A stretch of 64,000 bases of DNA from Obrimoposthia wandeli (lineage: Eukaryota), in the NCBI GenBank assembly GCA_977020255.1, contig CDROCS010000506.1, positions 558,001 through 622,000 of the forward strand, written 5' to 3'. A program made the translations under genes and the position numbers. Below the pieces are notes generated by a model. The model did not search any database. It was not told the origin of the DNA and was given only the letters and a program-made list of their open reading frames with translations. Of this stretch, positions 30,460 through 45,400 are shown piece by piece. How positions within the stretch are numbered: position 1 is the stretch's first letter; the number at the start of each line of letters is the position of its first letter.

Positions 30460-33400
30460 TTAAGAGTTAGAATCAACCTTAAAAACATCGTGATTGAATA
30501 GTTGACTCAAAATATCAGCTTCGCTAGCACCACCGAGACTCGCTGAGTCGATGTGATGAAGCACAATATTTTGCTCCTGATTTTCTTCTGTTTTAACGGT
30601 AAGGTTTACGTTTCCATCTGCATCAAAGCTTGCCGCCAAATCGCCAGAATCGGTGTGGGCTAATAAATCATCCATGGTAAATTTATCATCATCACCATCA
30701 GATAATATTTGCGATAAATCAAGTTGGTCTTCATCCAGTGTAAAATCAGTAATAGTATCAGTGCCAGAGGCGCTCTCTTCCCACGTAAACAAATCTGCGC
30801 CGTCACCACCGGTTAAGATATCATCACCTTCACCACCAGAAAGAATATCGGCACCATCGCCACCAATTAACGTATCGCTCCCGTCAAAACCGTATAGGTT
30901 TTCACCGCTATTATCTGCATTTAAGCTATTACTGTCTCCATTACCAAAATTATCGGCAACATCAAGTTGCCCACTGTTAAGTAATGCACCTAATTTGTCT
31001 TCATTAGACATGCCTGCAGGATCATTCCCTAAAAGCACTGATTCAGCCACACCATTTAGCACAATATTTTGAATCAAATTACCTTGTTCATCGTAAATTT
31101 CAAGCGTCGAATCAGCACCATTACCCGTCAGCTTGATAAGACTACTCAAGTCGCTCAATGACATAGCGTCATATGCACTGAAAGCATTTGTTAAATCAAT
31201 GGTATCAAAGGCCACTTCAAAGTCCATGATGTTATCTGTAGCCGCATTGCCTACTGTTCCAAAATCTCCGGCTTGCCATACAAAAGTATCTTTACTGCCA
31301 TCACCAGAGCCACCTTGAATACCGCCCCAAAGAATATCGTCACCCGCACCACCAATGAGAATATCAGATGCCGTACCACCAATTAAGATGTCATTGCCAG
31401 CACCACCCAATAGTGTTGCTTCAGCACTACTATCAATTACCAAATTTGCAGCATCAGAGTTAGATGAACCTCCTATCTGATTACCCGTATTAGCGAGATT
31501 ATCGACCACAATATTAATATCTACAGGGGTTGATTCCGCTTTGCTACCATCGGTTTCTTCTGACACTGCCACAACTTCTAAGTTGTTCTCACCTTCACTT
31601 AAGTTAATGACATGTAAGTCAGCGAGATCGGCCTCTAATACGACCCAGACACCGGCGCCCATATTAGTTCCAACAGGTTGACCATTGCTATCGACTAACT
31701 CCCCAGCACCTAAATTACGAACCTCAATGGTCAGAAGTTCTGATGCATCAGTGACAGCCGCTATCAATCCCAATAATGGAATCATGGTGTTCATCGAAGC
31801 ACGTATTGCACCGGTCTGAATAAAACTATTATCCAGTGATAATGTTGGCACATCAGCTTTTGGGGTTACCGTTACAGAAACTTTACTGATTGCAGTATCG
31901 TCAGAACCAGACCCAACATTACCACCATCATAAGTTGTCATCGTTAGTTCATCTGCACCACTGAAATTATCGTTACCTTCATAGGTAACGCCATTGTCCA
32001 ATAGCTCATTAATGTCATCTATTGAGCCTGTAATTATCACAGAGTCAGTTCCCTGACCTGTCACAGCAACACTGCTTCCATCAGGAATAACAACACTCAA
32101 AATACCGTTAGCCACATTTAATGTGACGAACATAGACCCTGTCGAGCCAGCTTCTCCAACATCAACATCACTTATCTGCATACCTGTAATCACTGTACCG
32201 TTATCGTCGTCTTCTACTGCTGCTGTCACTGAATTTGGTACCGTATTCACTGGTGCATCATTCACAGGGTTAACTGTTATCGTAATGCTGTCACTATCAG
32301 TCAAGCCTTCAGCAGGACCCGTACCAGAGTTCGCCTGATCATTCGTTTTCATGGTCAGAGTATCTTCACCATTAAAATTAGCATCACCGGTATATTCCAC
32401 ACCACTTGTGAGTAGCGCATTGATGTCATCAAGGCTGCCCGTAATGATTAATTCCTTCGAGCCTTCACCTGCCACGGTCAACCCTAACGCTGCCCAGTCA
32501 AAGCTATCTGGCACATTTATTATTCCATTACCAACATTCAGGGTGACGGTCATGTCACTGCCAACCGTTTCATTCGCATCAACATCAACCACTTTCAAAC
32601 TGGTAATTAACAGCGCTACATCTTCATCTGCGGTTAAATCACCTGGTAGTACATTGACCGGCGCATCATTTTCAGCTTCAACTTCGATATGGATAGTTTC
32701 ATCTATCGCGATACTATCTTCGGCTACAACGCCGTTATCCACAGCGCGGATATCAACATTGATATTACCGTCCCAGTTAATGTTATTCGCATCTCCAGGG
32801 TGGAAAATTAGTTTATCGAGATCTGAAGACTCAACAGTCACTACCCATATACCACCGCCCATGTTAGTCACGCTACCCGCAACGCCATCAGGTAGAGTAA
32901 TCGAGCTAGAATCAGGCACATTACTCAAGGTAATTTGTAAACCTTCTGGCCCTTTTTCTGTCACATTTGCGTCTGAGCCGTCGTAACTATCTTCATCATC
33001 AAAAGCTTCTACATTTAGGATTAAATCAATCCCTGCCGTATCGTTCTCTGTACCCGATGCTTCTGTTTCAACATCAGTATCCACACGGTCAGCCACTGAC
33101 TGCACGTCAATAGTGATACTAGTTGAGTTTTCCGCAACTTCCGTTAACGAATCTTCTTTACTGTATACCACGACATCCAATGTAACTTTACCGCTGAAAT
33201 TCTCAGGTGGAATTACTTTAATATTATCTAAGTTGAAAGTTGTCTGGCCTGGTGGTAATGAAATACTCCACTCACCACCACTATTATTTGTCGCTCCCTC
33301 AATAATGAAACCTTCAGGTACTCCTGTCAGCTTAATCGACAGAATTTGTTCAGAGCCATCAACATCGACAATCGTTCCACCGATGCCCGCTAGCGATACT

Positions 33401-36400
33401 CCCCCCGCATCTTCTTGACCAACGGCTGTAACTGGACCCGTCCAGCTCACTGAATCGTTAACCGCCACAACCTCAAATTCGACATTGGTAGTGTAAGAAC
33501 CGCTATCCGTCCGTGTTGAGTTATCAGTATCATCAAAGTTCGCAGTATCTGTAATATCGACTTTCACCCCTACACTAACCGCACCACTGAAATCAGCCAC
33601 AGGACGGAATTGAATATTGCCCAATTCACTCTCAGGTAGCGTAATTTCAGATACTAATGAACCGTCAGTTGTAACAAAGAAGCCTTGCGCCGCATCAACA
33701 GTCAGAGTAACTGACGTTACCGTTTCTAACCCTGCATTTATAGAGTTGCTGTTATCTGCAAGCACCACACTCAAATCAAGCGTAATATCACCATCTTCAT
33801 ACGCGACACCTATATATTCTTGACCTAAACTTCCATCTGTTATTGGCTGCTTGTCACTATCTAATCCACCGGTATTAATAACACTAATTTCAATTTCAGG
33901 CGTATTATTACCTGTTTGTGAACTACCAGGAATATCGACAACAGGTGTCACTTGCACCGGAATACTGCCAGTGACCTCTTTAACATCGCCACTCTCGGTA
34001 TCTGTCGTCACATACTTAATTTCAAGCTCAAAATCACCAGCAAAGTCTTTCGGCAATGACATACCAACCGCAGAAAGATCAACTTTACCATCTGAGCCAA
34101 TAGCCACATTAAGCACATATTCACCCGTTTCATAATTGTATTCCGTACCAGTGATAGATACACCAGGAGGAAGATCGCCAGCGCTAATAACGAAGGTGAA
34201 TACATCATCTACAGAATCGGCAATATTAACAGAAATGAATGCATCTAATTGCTCACCAAAATTAAGCAGAGTATCTTCAGTACCAACCACGATCGCATTA
34301 TTATCAACAACGATAGCACCAGCTTTTTGTTCGCTATCCGTTGCGCCATTGAAATCAAGTTTAATATGAGAGTCCATGTCTTTGATCACAACACTGCTAG
34401 CATCACCTTCATTGTTATCACCTAGATCACGAATCTCAGCAGAAAGATGCACGTAAACGGTTGGGGCCAAATCATCTGTTGCAATAATTTGCAGATCCTC
34501 TAAACCGGACTCAGGCACAGTCCAACTACCATCACCATTGTTAATGCCACCCTTCACATAGAATTGATCCAAAATAGCTTGGTCGGTTATCGTATTACCA
34601 TCAGCATCGACGAACGTAATGATGACTTTTTCAATGACTTCTGTGCTGCTCAAATCATCTTCAAGGAAACTTAATCCACCGGTAAAACTTGGATCTCCCG
34701 TTGTATTAATATTGATATCGATAGCACCAGTATCATTACTCGTGATAGTGATCGTATTTGTACTCGGATCCGGGATCAGTGCTGCCCCATTATTATCTAT
34801 AATCGCCAATATTCCATCGTCTTCGACAACAGCATCAATATTGATAGTGAGCTCGCCAAGTATGTCTTTCGTAACAATGGTCTCTGAATCAACATCTTTT
34901 TCAGTGACTGTCACTATGGTATTCAATATCAAGTCAACATCCGAATCTTCGGGGCCTCTCACACGCAGTGATTGTCCTCCAGATGTAATATCGATAACTT
35001 GCTGGGGACTCAACTCAATGCTGTTGCCGCCAGAAAAGATCTTGTCATTACCTATGTATAAATCATAACCAGCAGGAAGGTTTGTAATTACTAGACCAGT
35101 AATCACTTCTTTGCTATCAGAGAGTTCAGGTTGCCAATTCAAGTTAATGTTATTATCTTCAAGTCCATTTGAGTTTGTGCTGTAATTATCTGGCGCATCA
35201 ATAACCGGAAGAACATGGACAACCAAGTGACCATCAATGGATTTACTATCACCATCGTTCTCCGTCACAACCAATCGCACATCAAGATCAATATCAAGCG
35301 TGCTGTTTAATGGTGGTGTTATTGTGATGTTATTTAACGAACTCAGCTTCACCTCGTATTTCGGATTACCATTGTCATCAGTACCAACATAAACTAAGAA
35401 CTGCTCATTACCATCGCCATCATAGATTTTAACGCCTTCAGGTATATTCGAAATAACGAGGCTGAGTGTTTCAGAACTATCTGTTGGCGCTAATGCGAGC
35501 TCGCCCGACATAACAGAGAAGTCAAAACGTGCTGACGAGTCTTCCTGGATTGTAATTTCTAAGCCAGTACGAGGATCAGACTCAGGAAATGGCTTCCAAT
35601 CTGATGTTCCCAAATCAAACGCTGGATTGTCAGCAACGCCCGTTAAGTCAACTTCAATTGTTTGACTACCAGTAACAAATTCATTCACTACATCTGTCGT
35701 CGTTGTGCCATCAGGCTGTGTTACTGTGGCAGTATCTTTTACTACACCTTCGACAGTAAAGGTGAAATCAACATTACTTTCTGGTGTTGGTTTTAGCTGC
35801 AGACCATCAATAGCATCGTATGCCACTTCGTATTTACCATCGGCATCAGGTGTTAATTCTTGTCCATCAAGCAACAAAATAGCGTCTGTCGGCAAGCCTG
35901 ATATGCGCACAAATAGTTTCTCTGAACCATCAGTATTATCGTCTTGAGGAGTTAAGAATATGTGATCTTTCAAGCTAATCAGAGTATCTTCATCTGATTC
36001 AATACGCTTCACTTTCATGGTTGCTTCATCAGCATCAGGATTGACATTGATAATGATTTCTTTAACTACAGAGTCAGCCGTATCTTGATTATCACGCTCT
36101 TCACTCTGCGCGTATACATTCAGCTTAATGTCGCCACTGAAGTTATCAGCAGGGTCAACTTGCACAGAGCCGATATCGGCAGAAGCTACTTTATAGACGC
36201 CAGAACCAGTAGGTGTTTCTATTAAGTTGTCACCCACTAACGTGCCTTCACCTGCTGTGATCGTAATGAAGTAATACAGATCTTCTGAACTCGTATTAGA
36301 GCCATCATCATCTTGAAGTACGGCGGTCAGGTTCAGATCAACGTTATCCGTGTCTTCCGTTACCGTATAATGATAGGTAGTATTGGCATCATTCCATATT

Positions 36401-39400
36401 GGAATATCTGCGACACCATCGACATGCACAGTAAAGCTACCATTCATTTCTGGATGCTTGCTGCCATCCGTATTGACGATTTCAGCAGTCACATTGAAGT
36501 TCAAATCGCCATTAATGGTTGAGAAGTCTGTGCTTGGCATGAAGGTCACACCATCAAGAGTGAAGATGCCATCATTATTATTGTCCGTAAAAGCTCCAAC
36601 TGGAAGCGTAATCGAACCGTCGGCATTAGGCGTAATCGCAACGCCATTCCACATGAATTCACCGTGCATATCACCGGCAAGCGTTATGGTAACCGTGCCA
36701 ACAGATTCACCTCGATCTGAATCCCCCACATCGATGTCCATGCTAATGGCAATACCCTGATAATTAGAATCAATGGTGTCTGAAGCACTGCCATTATCTT
36801 CTTGCCCTGTGCTACTAAACGTTGTTAATGTGGCATCTTGATCGGTAATTGTAATGATCACTTCACCGGAAGCCGTGTCACCATCACCATCAGTAACATT
36901 AACGATAATCGTCTCAATAATTTCTTCACTATCATGATCTAAATCTGTATTTGATTCGAATCTAACTTGGCCATTGGCTTTAATAGAAATAATACCTAGA
37001 TATCGTCCTGAAGCGTCATGCACGTCAATATTATTGAAGTTATTCCCGGTAATATCATGTGAGGTCAGCACGCCTTGATCATTAAAAATATCAACAGATG
37101 TCACTTTAGCACCATCTGCACCTTCTCCTTTTCCATTAAGCACATCAACGTTCTTACCAAGAGCGTTACTATTCTCACCTTCGGTAAGAGTGATGCCCCT
37201 ATTTGTTACAGATGGAATGTCGTCCAATACATCTACTGACACATCAACATTTGCGCTGATATCGCCATCTTGATCAACTGCATATACTGGTACATCAATG
37301 TTGATACCGTCTTTACCTTGAATACTGTGATCTATTGGGCGTATAATTTCAAACTTATATGAACCATCTGCATTCAATTGGAATTCAAAGACAACTTTTC
37401 CATTTGCCATGCCTTGATATAAACCATTACCAGCATCGTTCAAAGTAACGCTATTTCCAGCAGATGTTATATTATTGTTCGTATTAAATGCATCCACGTC
37501 CACTTTAAAGTCAACGACTTCATCACTGCCACTATCAACGGTGATCTGACCTGAATCTGATTCACTCTTACCATTAGGGGTGGACCCCGTATGAATACCT
37601 TCTGAATTGCTAGCCTTGATATCACTTTCTTCAACGTTAAGATCTTCAACAGCAGTAATTACTGGATCGGTGCCATCATTGATAGTCACATCAACGGAAA
37701 TACCTGTATCTAATTTGTCACCGTCGGTGTCTGCGACTTGAACAGGTACATCGATGATAATCCTGCCATCATCGGTAGATACCATACCGACTGCATTGCC
37801 ACCTTGATGATCAAGTGGGTGGTTTTGTGTAATGGTAATTGTGATATCAACATCATGACCATTCGCGGCTTGCACTGCATCCACGACCACAGCCATCACG
37901 ACAACACCTGCTGCGACACCTGTTAGTGTGCCCGTATTTGCGTTGTAGCTGAACGTAATTGGCTGACCACCTGCGGTTAATTCATTTTGCAGTTCAGTTA
38001 TTAGTGCATTAAGCATATCGCTATCGATTTCTGCAGTATTCGGATCTAGACGATCGACTCCTGCAGGCACATTGATCGTGACGGTCCCCGTTACAGGATA
38101 AGGTAATTCAATACCTTCAGGTGTCAAATCACCTTCAGTAATTATAATAGTACCTGTTTGACCACCATCTGCATTAGTACCATCATTGATCACTATTTTA
38201 ATATGGCCCGGCGCACTGGTATCACCATCTTTATCATCTGCTAATACATTAAGAATGATATTTTCATTATCACCCGCTTGGTCAATTGGTTGTTTCTGAT
38301 TAACGGTGTAGTTACCATTAATGTCAACCGTGGCTTCCATGACCACAACATTCGGCGCACTCACCAAAGTGACAATAATCGTGCTGCCATCAGCACTCAC
38401 CGTGTAGGTAGTTGCTTGGCCATTACTGGTTAGGTTATTCAACGACGATTGCGCATCGTCGAAGTACACTTTAACAACATTGTCACTACCAGTGTCTACA
38501 TCAATTTGACCAGTCCCAGAAGCAACACCGTCATTTGCTTCTTCTAAAGTGACGGTGCTGTCTACACCAAATTTGGGGTCATCACCATCAGTGATAGTGA
38601 CATTCACAGTAACCGGCTTAACAAGGTCATCGCCGTCAGAATCTGTTAATTGAACTGGAATTTTGACAGTGATAGAGTCATCATTTACATTCACGTAAGT
38701 GCCCGTGCCACTAGTGTGATCCAATGGACCACTTTGCTCAATAGCCATCGCCACACTAACATCACCATTCGTGTCTTGCGTTGGCGTAAGTGTTATCTGT
38801 AAAATTTCAGTGCTACCGGTCTGTGTCATACCCGTAATAGTAATGACACCATCTGCATCAACCGTTAACGTAAACGTCAATGGCGCACCATTTGATGTCA
38901 GGCTGTTCAACTCAGTTAAAAGGTCAGTTTCCACAACGTCTTCAACACGCATAGTATTTGAAACCAAATTATCGTTCACAGCTTCAACCTTAAAGCTACC
39001 AGCCCCTGTTGATGGGTACGCTTTATCTGTAGCCGGATTTTCAAGATCGCCTTCTACAACAGTTAGGTTTGCAGTAACACTTTCACCTGTTGCATCTTGA
39101 CCATCTTTGATCGTAATAATGATTTGACCAGTATTACTAACATCACCGTCTTTATCGGTCGCAACAACCCCCAAGTTCAGACCGATGTCATCGCCTTGTA
39201 TATTATCTTGATCAAGTGGTTCATCTTGCTTGACCGTATACGTACCATCGTTACTCATGGTAATGGTTAGCACTGGATCACCGCTATTTGTACCGCCGTC
39301 AATCGTTACCGAAATTACATCACCATTAACTGTGTACGTTGTTGCTTGACCATTAGTGGTTAAGCCAACAAGTGACGCTTGTACTACATCAAACTCCATC

Positions 39401-42400
39401 TTGGCAATCGCATCACTTCCTACATCAAACTCAATAGAACCTGATACCGTTTGGCTATTTTCGGTTTCTGTAATCTCTGTGACATCATCAACACCAAACA
39501 CAGGATTGTCACCATCTTGAATGGTGATATCTACTTTAGCAGCAGTCTTTAGATCATCACCATCGGTGTCTTGCACTTGTACTGGCACGCTGATAGTAAT
39601 GTCATCACCATTGGTTTTGACAAAACCATCGGTATCGGTTGGATTATTATGATCCAGTGGCAGATGCTGTTTAAATTCAACGTTCACATTGATATCGTCA
39701 CCCACTTGAGTGCCTGATAGTGTGATTGTGACAGCTACAACACCACCAGGGGTCGTGGTGCCGACTAAAGTAGAACCATCTGCACTGGGCAAGAATACTA
39801 AACTTTCACCACCAGACGTTAACTCCGACTCCAACTCAGTGATCAACATTGCTACTTGTGCTGGATCTACGCTCACTGTTGCTGGGTCGAGGCGATCTTC
39901 TCCTGCTGTTACCTTAAAAGAGTCTGACGTTGTTTTAGGATAGGTCGTTCCGCCCGTTTGCGTCTCAAGATCCCCTTCAACTGCAGTCATTGCGTGACCT
40001 TCGCCACCAGTTGCATCACTGCCATCTGCAATTTCAATGTTAATGATGCCGCTAGCAGTATCACCATCATCATCTGTTACGGTCACTTTGATTGGTAAGT
40101 TCAGCAGGTTATTAATATCTTGATCTAATTCGCCAGTGATTTTCGCAGTATAAGAACCATCGTTATTAATAGTGACTTCAAGTACAGTCTTACCATCACT
40201 GTCTTTCAGCAGTAATACATTACCACTCACTTCAACTGTCGTTGCAAGCCCATTACTGGTGACACCATCAAAGCCAGATTGCATATTTGCATCATCAAAT
40301 ACGATAGATGTAATCTCATCACTACCCGTATCAACAATAATACTGCTCGAGATAACTTGGCCTTCTTGAGTTTCTTCATTCAGAGAAATACCAGTATCAA
40401 CACCAAATGATGGCAATTGACCATCTTTGATCGTTACCGTAACAACCGCAGGGTTATCTAAGCTGTCACCATCAGTATCTTTACCTTGCAGAGGAACATT
40501 GATTGCAATGCTGTCACCATTTTCGCTGACATATCCAGTACTATTCCCCAACGCGTTATGATCCAGAGGGAGAAGTTGATCGACTGTTACTGTCACAGTA
40601 ACATCTTGACCAGCTTGTACCGCTGTCACGGTCACGCTAACTGCAATGTCACCATTTGGAAGCTTACCAACTAGCACACCATTTTCGAGTGTAAATGTCA
40701 GAAGTTCACCACCAGAAGTTAATTCCGCTTCTAGCTCAGCAATTAAGGCTCCTGTGTCATCGATACCGACGGTGTTGACATCAAGACGATCTTCACCTGC
40801 CTTCAGCGTGATATCCGTCGTTGCAGAGACTGGGTAGCCATTTGGATTTGAATCGGGCTCAATAATTTCCATACTAACAGCTTCACCACCACTGCCATTC
40901 ACACCATCGGTAATACTGATTTTCATCTCGCCTGATGCTGGGTCTCCGTCTTTATCGGTGGCTATGACACCCAAGTTCAAATCAGTAGATAGGCTATCTT
41001 TTTGATCAATGGGACCTGTTACTGTCACCGTATACTTACCGTCTGTATCAACAGTAATCACCATGATTGGCTGATCATTGCTATCGAATAATGTAATGGT
41101 GTTATCAGTCACGTCATAGGTCGTAAGGTTACCGTTGCTGGTAAGGCCGTCGAGATCAGTTTGGTTCTCAGCAAAGACTAATGTTGCAATCGCATCTGAA
41201 CCCACATCCAGATTCAGCTGCCCTTCTACTGCAACATTTTTATCCGATGTTTCATTAACGGCAAGTACAGATTCAGTGTCAAAGAATGGGTCTTCACCAT
41301 CTTTAATAATGATGCCAACATTAACGGGGGTCGTCAGATCATCACCATCAGTATCAGTTGCCTGAACTGGTACCTTAATGTGAATCTCATCGTTTCCAGA
41401 AGTAACGTAACCCAAAGTATCACCGCTATTATTGTGATCTAATGGGATGTTTTGGGTTATGTCGACAGTCACAGTCAGATCTTGACCGTTTTGTGCCGCA
41501 GACAGTTCGACCGTCAATGCAACTTGGCCATTTAATCGACCAACAATGTCTCCGTCAGCATTTAAAGAGAAGGTTAACGCTTGACCGCCAGAAGTCAACT
41601 CAGACGCCAACTCCACCATCAGGGCACTAAGTTGTAAAGGGTCAACTTCAACAGAATCAGGAATCAAGCGATCTGCACCCGCAATAAGTTCAAAATCACC
41701 TGAATTCGTTGCAGGATAAGAGGTCCCTACGCCATCGGTATCAAGATCTCCTTCTGCTAATTCAATAGAGCTTGAACCACCGCCTGCGGCATCATCACCA
41801 TCAGCAATAGTAATATCCATTGAACCATTCGATGTATCACCGTCTTTATCGGTTGCTGTCACTGCCAAATCGATATTGATGCTATCACTCGCACCGTTTT
41901 GATCAATAGCTCCAATGACCGTGACCACATATGAGCCATCGGTATCAACAGTTACTGTCATTACAGGCTTACTAGCACTGTCATAAACAGTAATTGTACT
42001 GCCTGCCACTACATACGTTGTTGGTAAGCCATTACTTGTTAAATCAATTAATTCAGGTTGGTCTGCTTGGAAGACAATGCTGTCAATCGCATCGGAGCCC
42101 ACATTTAATGGGATCTGACCAGACATTGTCTCGCCTTTATTATCCGTCTCATTAATGGTCACGCCAGAATCAGTACCAAACGAAGGATTTGCACCATCTG
42201 TTATCGTGATATCTACATTCGCTGGCGCATCTAAATCATCACCGTCGGTATCGGTCGCTTGCACTGGCACATTGATGTGAATTTCATCATTAGCGGACGT
42301 TATATAGCCGCCGATGTCGCCAGTATTAGTATGATCTAATGGTACATTCTGCGTGATACTCACCGTAACCTTCACGTCTTGACCTTGCTGCTCGCCAGAT

Positions 42401-45400
42401 AAAGACACCGTCACCGCAACAACACCGCTTGGTAAAGTACCAACAAGATTGCCATCACTATCGACGCTAAAGCTCAGCGCTTCTCCGCCCGAGGTTAGCT
42501 CAGCTTCCAGCTCTGCGATTAACGTAGCTTGCAAAGTAGGGTCGATAACAATTGAATCAGGAACAAGGCTATCTTCGCCCGCTTTAATAACGAACGAACC
42601 TGATTGTGATGCAGGGTAAGTGGTATCAGTACCACCGTTACCATCAACATCTAAATCGCCTTCAACCAGTGTTAGCACACCGTCATCGCCACCCGCCGCA
42701 TTACTGCCATCCGTAAGGGTAATATCCAATGTGCCGTCAGTGCTATCGCCATCTTTATCGGTGGCTGTCACACCCAAATCAATATTGGTCAATTCGCTGT
42801 CACTTTGATCAACAGGACCAGTGACAATTACTTGGTATGAACCATCCGTCGCGATAGTGACTGTCATCACCGCATCGCCCGCGCTGTCAAGCACGGTTAA
42901 TATATTATCAACAACCGTAAACGTCGTCGCTGCGCCGTTACTGGTGATCCCTGTTAATCCAGGTTGCGCTGTTTGGAAGACAATGCTGTCAATCGCGTCT
43001 GAGCCCACATTTAATGGGATCTGACCTGAAATTGTATTGCCTTTCTCGGTTGACTCATTAATTGTCACACCAGAATCAGTACCAAACGAAGGATTTTCAC
43101 CATCTGTTATCGTGATATCTACATTCGCTGGCGCATCTAAATTATCACCGTCGGTATCGGTCGCTTGCACTGGCACATTGATGTGAATGTTCTCACCGTC
43201 AAAAGTTACGTAACCACCATCACTTGAACCGTTATGGTCTAATGGCACATTCTGCGTGATGCTCACCGTAACCTTCACGTCTTGACCTTGCTGCTCGCCA
43301 GATAAAGACACCGTCACCGCAACAACACCGTTTGGTAAAGTACCAACAAGATTGCCATCACTATCGACGCTAAAGCTCAGCGCTTCTCCGCCCGAGGTTA
43401 GCTCAGCTTCCAGCTCTGCGATTAACGTAGCTTGCAAAGTAGGGTCGATAACAATTGAATCAGGAACAAGGCTATCTTCGCCCGCTTTAATAACGAACGA
43501 ACCTGATTGTGATGCAGGGTAAGTGGTATCAGTACCACCGTTACCATCAACATCTAAATCGCCTTCAACCAGTGTTAGCACACCGTCATCGCCACCCGCC
43601 GCATTACTGCCATCCGTAAGGGTAATATCCAACGTGCCGTCAGTGCTATCGCCATCTTTATCGGTGGCTGTCACACCCAAATCAATATTGGTCAATTCGC
43701 TGTCACTTTGATCAACTGGACCAGTGACAATTACTTGGTATGAACCATCCGTCGCGATAGTGACTGTCATCACCGCATCGCCCGCGCTGTCAAGCACGGT
43801 TAATATATTATCAACAACCGTAAACGTCGTCGCTGCGCCGTTACTGGTGATCCCTGTTAATCCAGGTTGCGCTGTTTGGAAGACAATGCTGTCAATCGCG
43901 TCTGAGCCCACATTTAATGGGATCTGACCTGAAATTGTATTGCCTTTCTCGGTTGACTCATTAATTGTCACACCAGAATCAGTACCAAACGAAGGATTTT
44001 CACCATCTGTTATCGTGATATCTACATTCGCTGGCGCATCTAAATTATCACCGTCGGTATCGGTCGCTTGCACTGGCACATTGATGTGAATGTTGTCACC
44101 GTCAAAAGTTACGTAACCACCATCACTTGAACCGTTATGGTCTAATGGCACATTCTGCGTGATGCTCACCGTAACCTTCACATCTTGACCTTGCTGCTCG
44201 CCAGATAAAGACACCGTCACCGCAACAACACCGTTTGGTAAAGTACCAACAAGATTGCCATCACTATCGACGCTAAAGCTCAGCGCTTCTCCGCCCGAGG
44301 TTAGCTCAGCTTCCAGCTCTGCGATTAACGTAGCTTGCAAAGTAGGGTCGATAACAATTGAATCAGGAACAAGGCTATCTTCGCCCGCTTTAATAACGAA
44401 CGAACCTGATTGTGATGCAGGGTAAGTGGTATCAGTACCACCCACACCGTTACCATCAACATCTAAATCACCTTCAGCCAGTGTTAGCACACCGTCATCG
44501 CCACCCGCCGCATTACTGCCATCCGTAAGGGTAATAGCCAATGTGCCGTCAGTGCTATCGCCATCGTTATCGGTGGCTGTCACACCCAAATTAATATTGG
44601 TCAATTCGCTGTCACTTTGATCAACTGGACCAGTGACAATTACTTGGTATGAACCATCCGTCGCGATAGTGACTGTCATCACCGCATCGCCCGCGCTGTC
44701 AAGCACGGTTAATATATTATCAACAACCGTAAACGTCGTCGCTGCGCCGTTACTAGTGACCCCTGTTAATCCAGGTTGCACTGCTTGGAAGACAATGCTA
44801 TCAATCGCATCGGAGCCCACATTTAATGGGATCTGACCTGAAATTGTATTGCCTTTCTCGGTTGACTCATTAATTGTCACACCAGAATCAGTACCAAACG
44901 AAGGATTTTCACCATCTGTTATCGTGATATCTACATTCGCTGGCGCATCTAAATTATCACCGTCGGTATCGGTCGCTTGCACTGGCACATTGATGTGAAT
45001 GTTGTCACCGTCAAAAGTTACGTAACCACCATCACTTGAACCGTTATGGTCTAATGGCACATTCTGCGTGATGCTTACCGTAACCTTCACGTCTTGACCT
45101 TGCTGCTCGCCAGATAAAGACACCGTCACCGCAACAACACCGCTTGGTAAAGTACCAACAAGATTGCCATCACTATCGACGCTAAAGCTCAGCGCTTCTC
45201 CGCCCGAGGTTAGCTCAGCTTCCAGCTCTGCGATTAACGTAGCTTGCAAAGTAGGGTCGATAACAATTGAATCAGGAACAAGACGATCTTCACCCGCTTT
45301 AATAACGAACGAACCTGATTGTGATGCAGGGTAAGTGGTATCAGTACCACCCACACCGTTACCATCAACATCTAAATCGCCTTCAACCAGTGTTAGCACA

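Noticed and set aside
30460-31420. Ice-binding RTX domain like that of the Marinomonas adhesin
   Set aside because: Only a few GGxGxD nonapeptides; no long xGTGND-type repeat run
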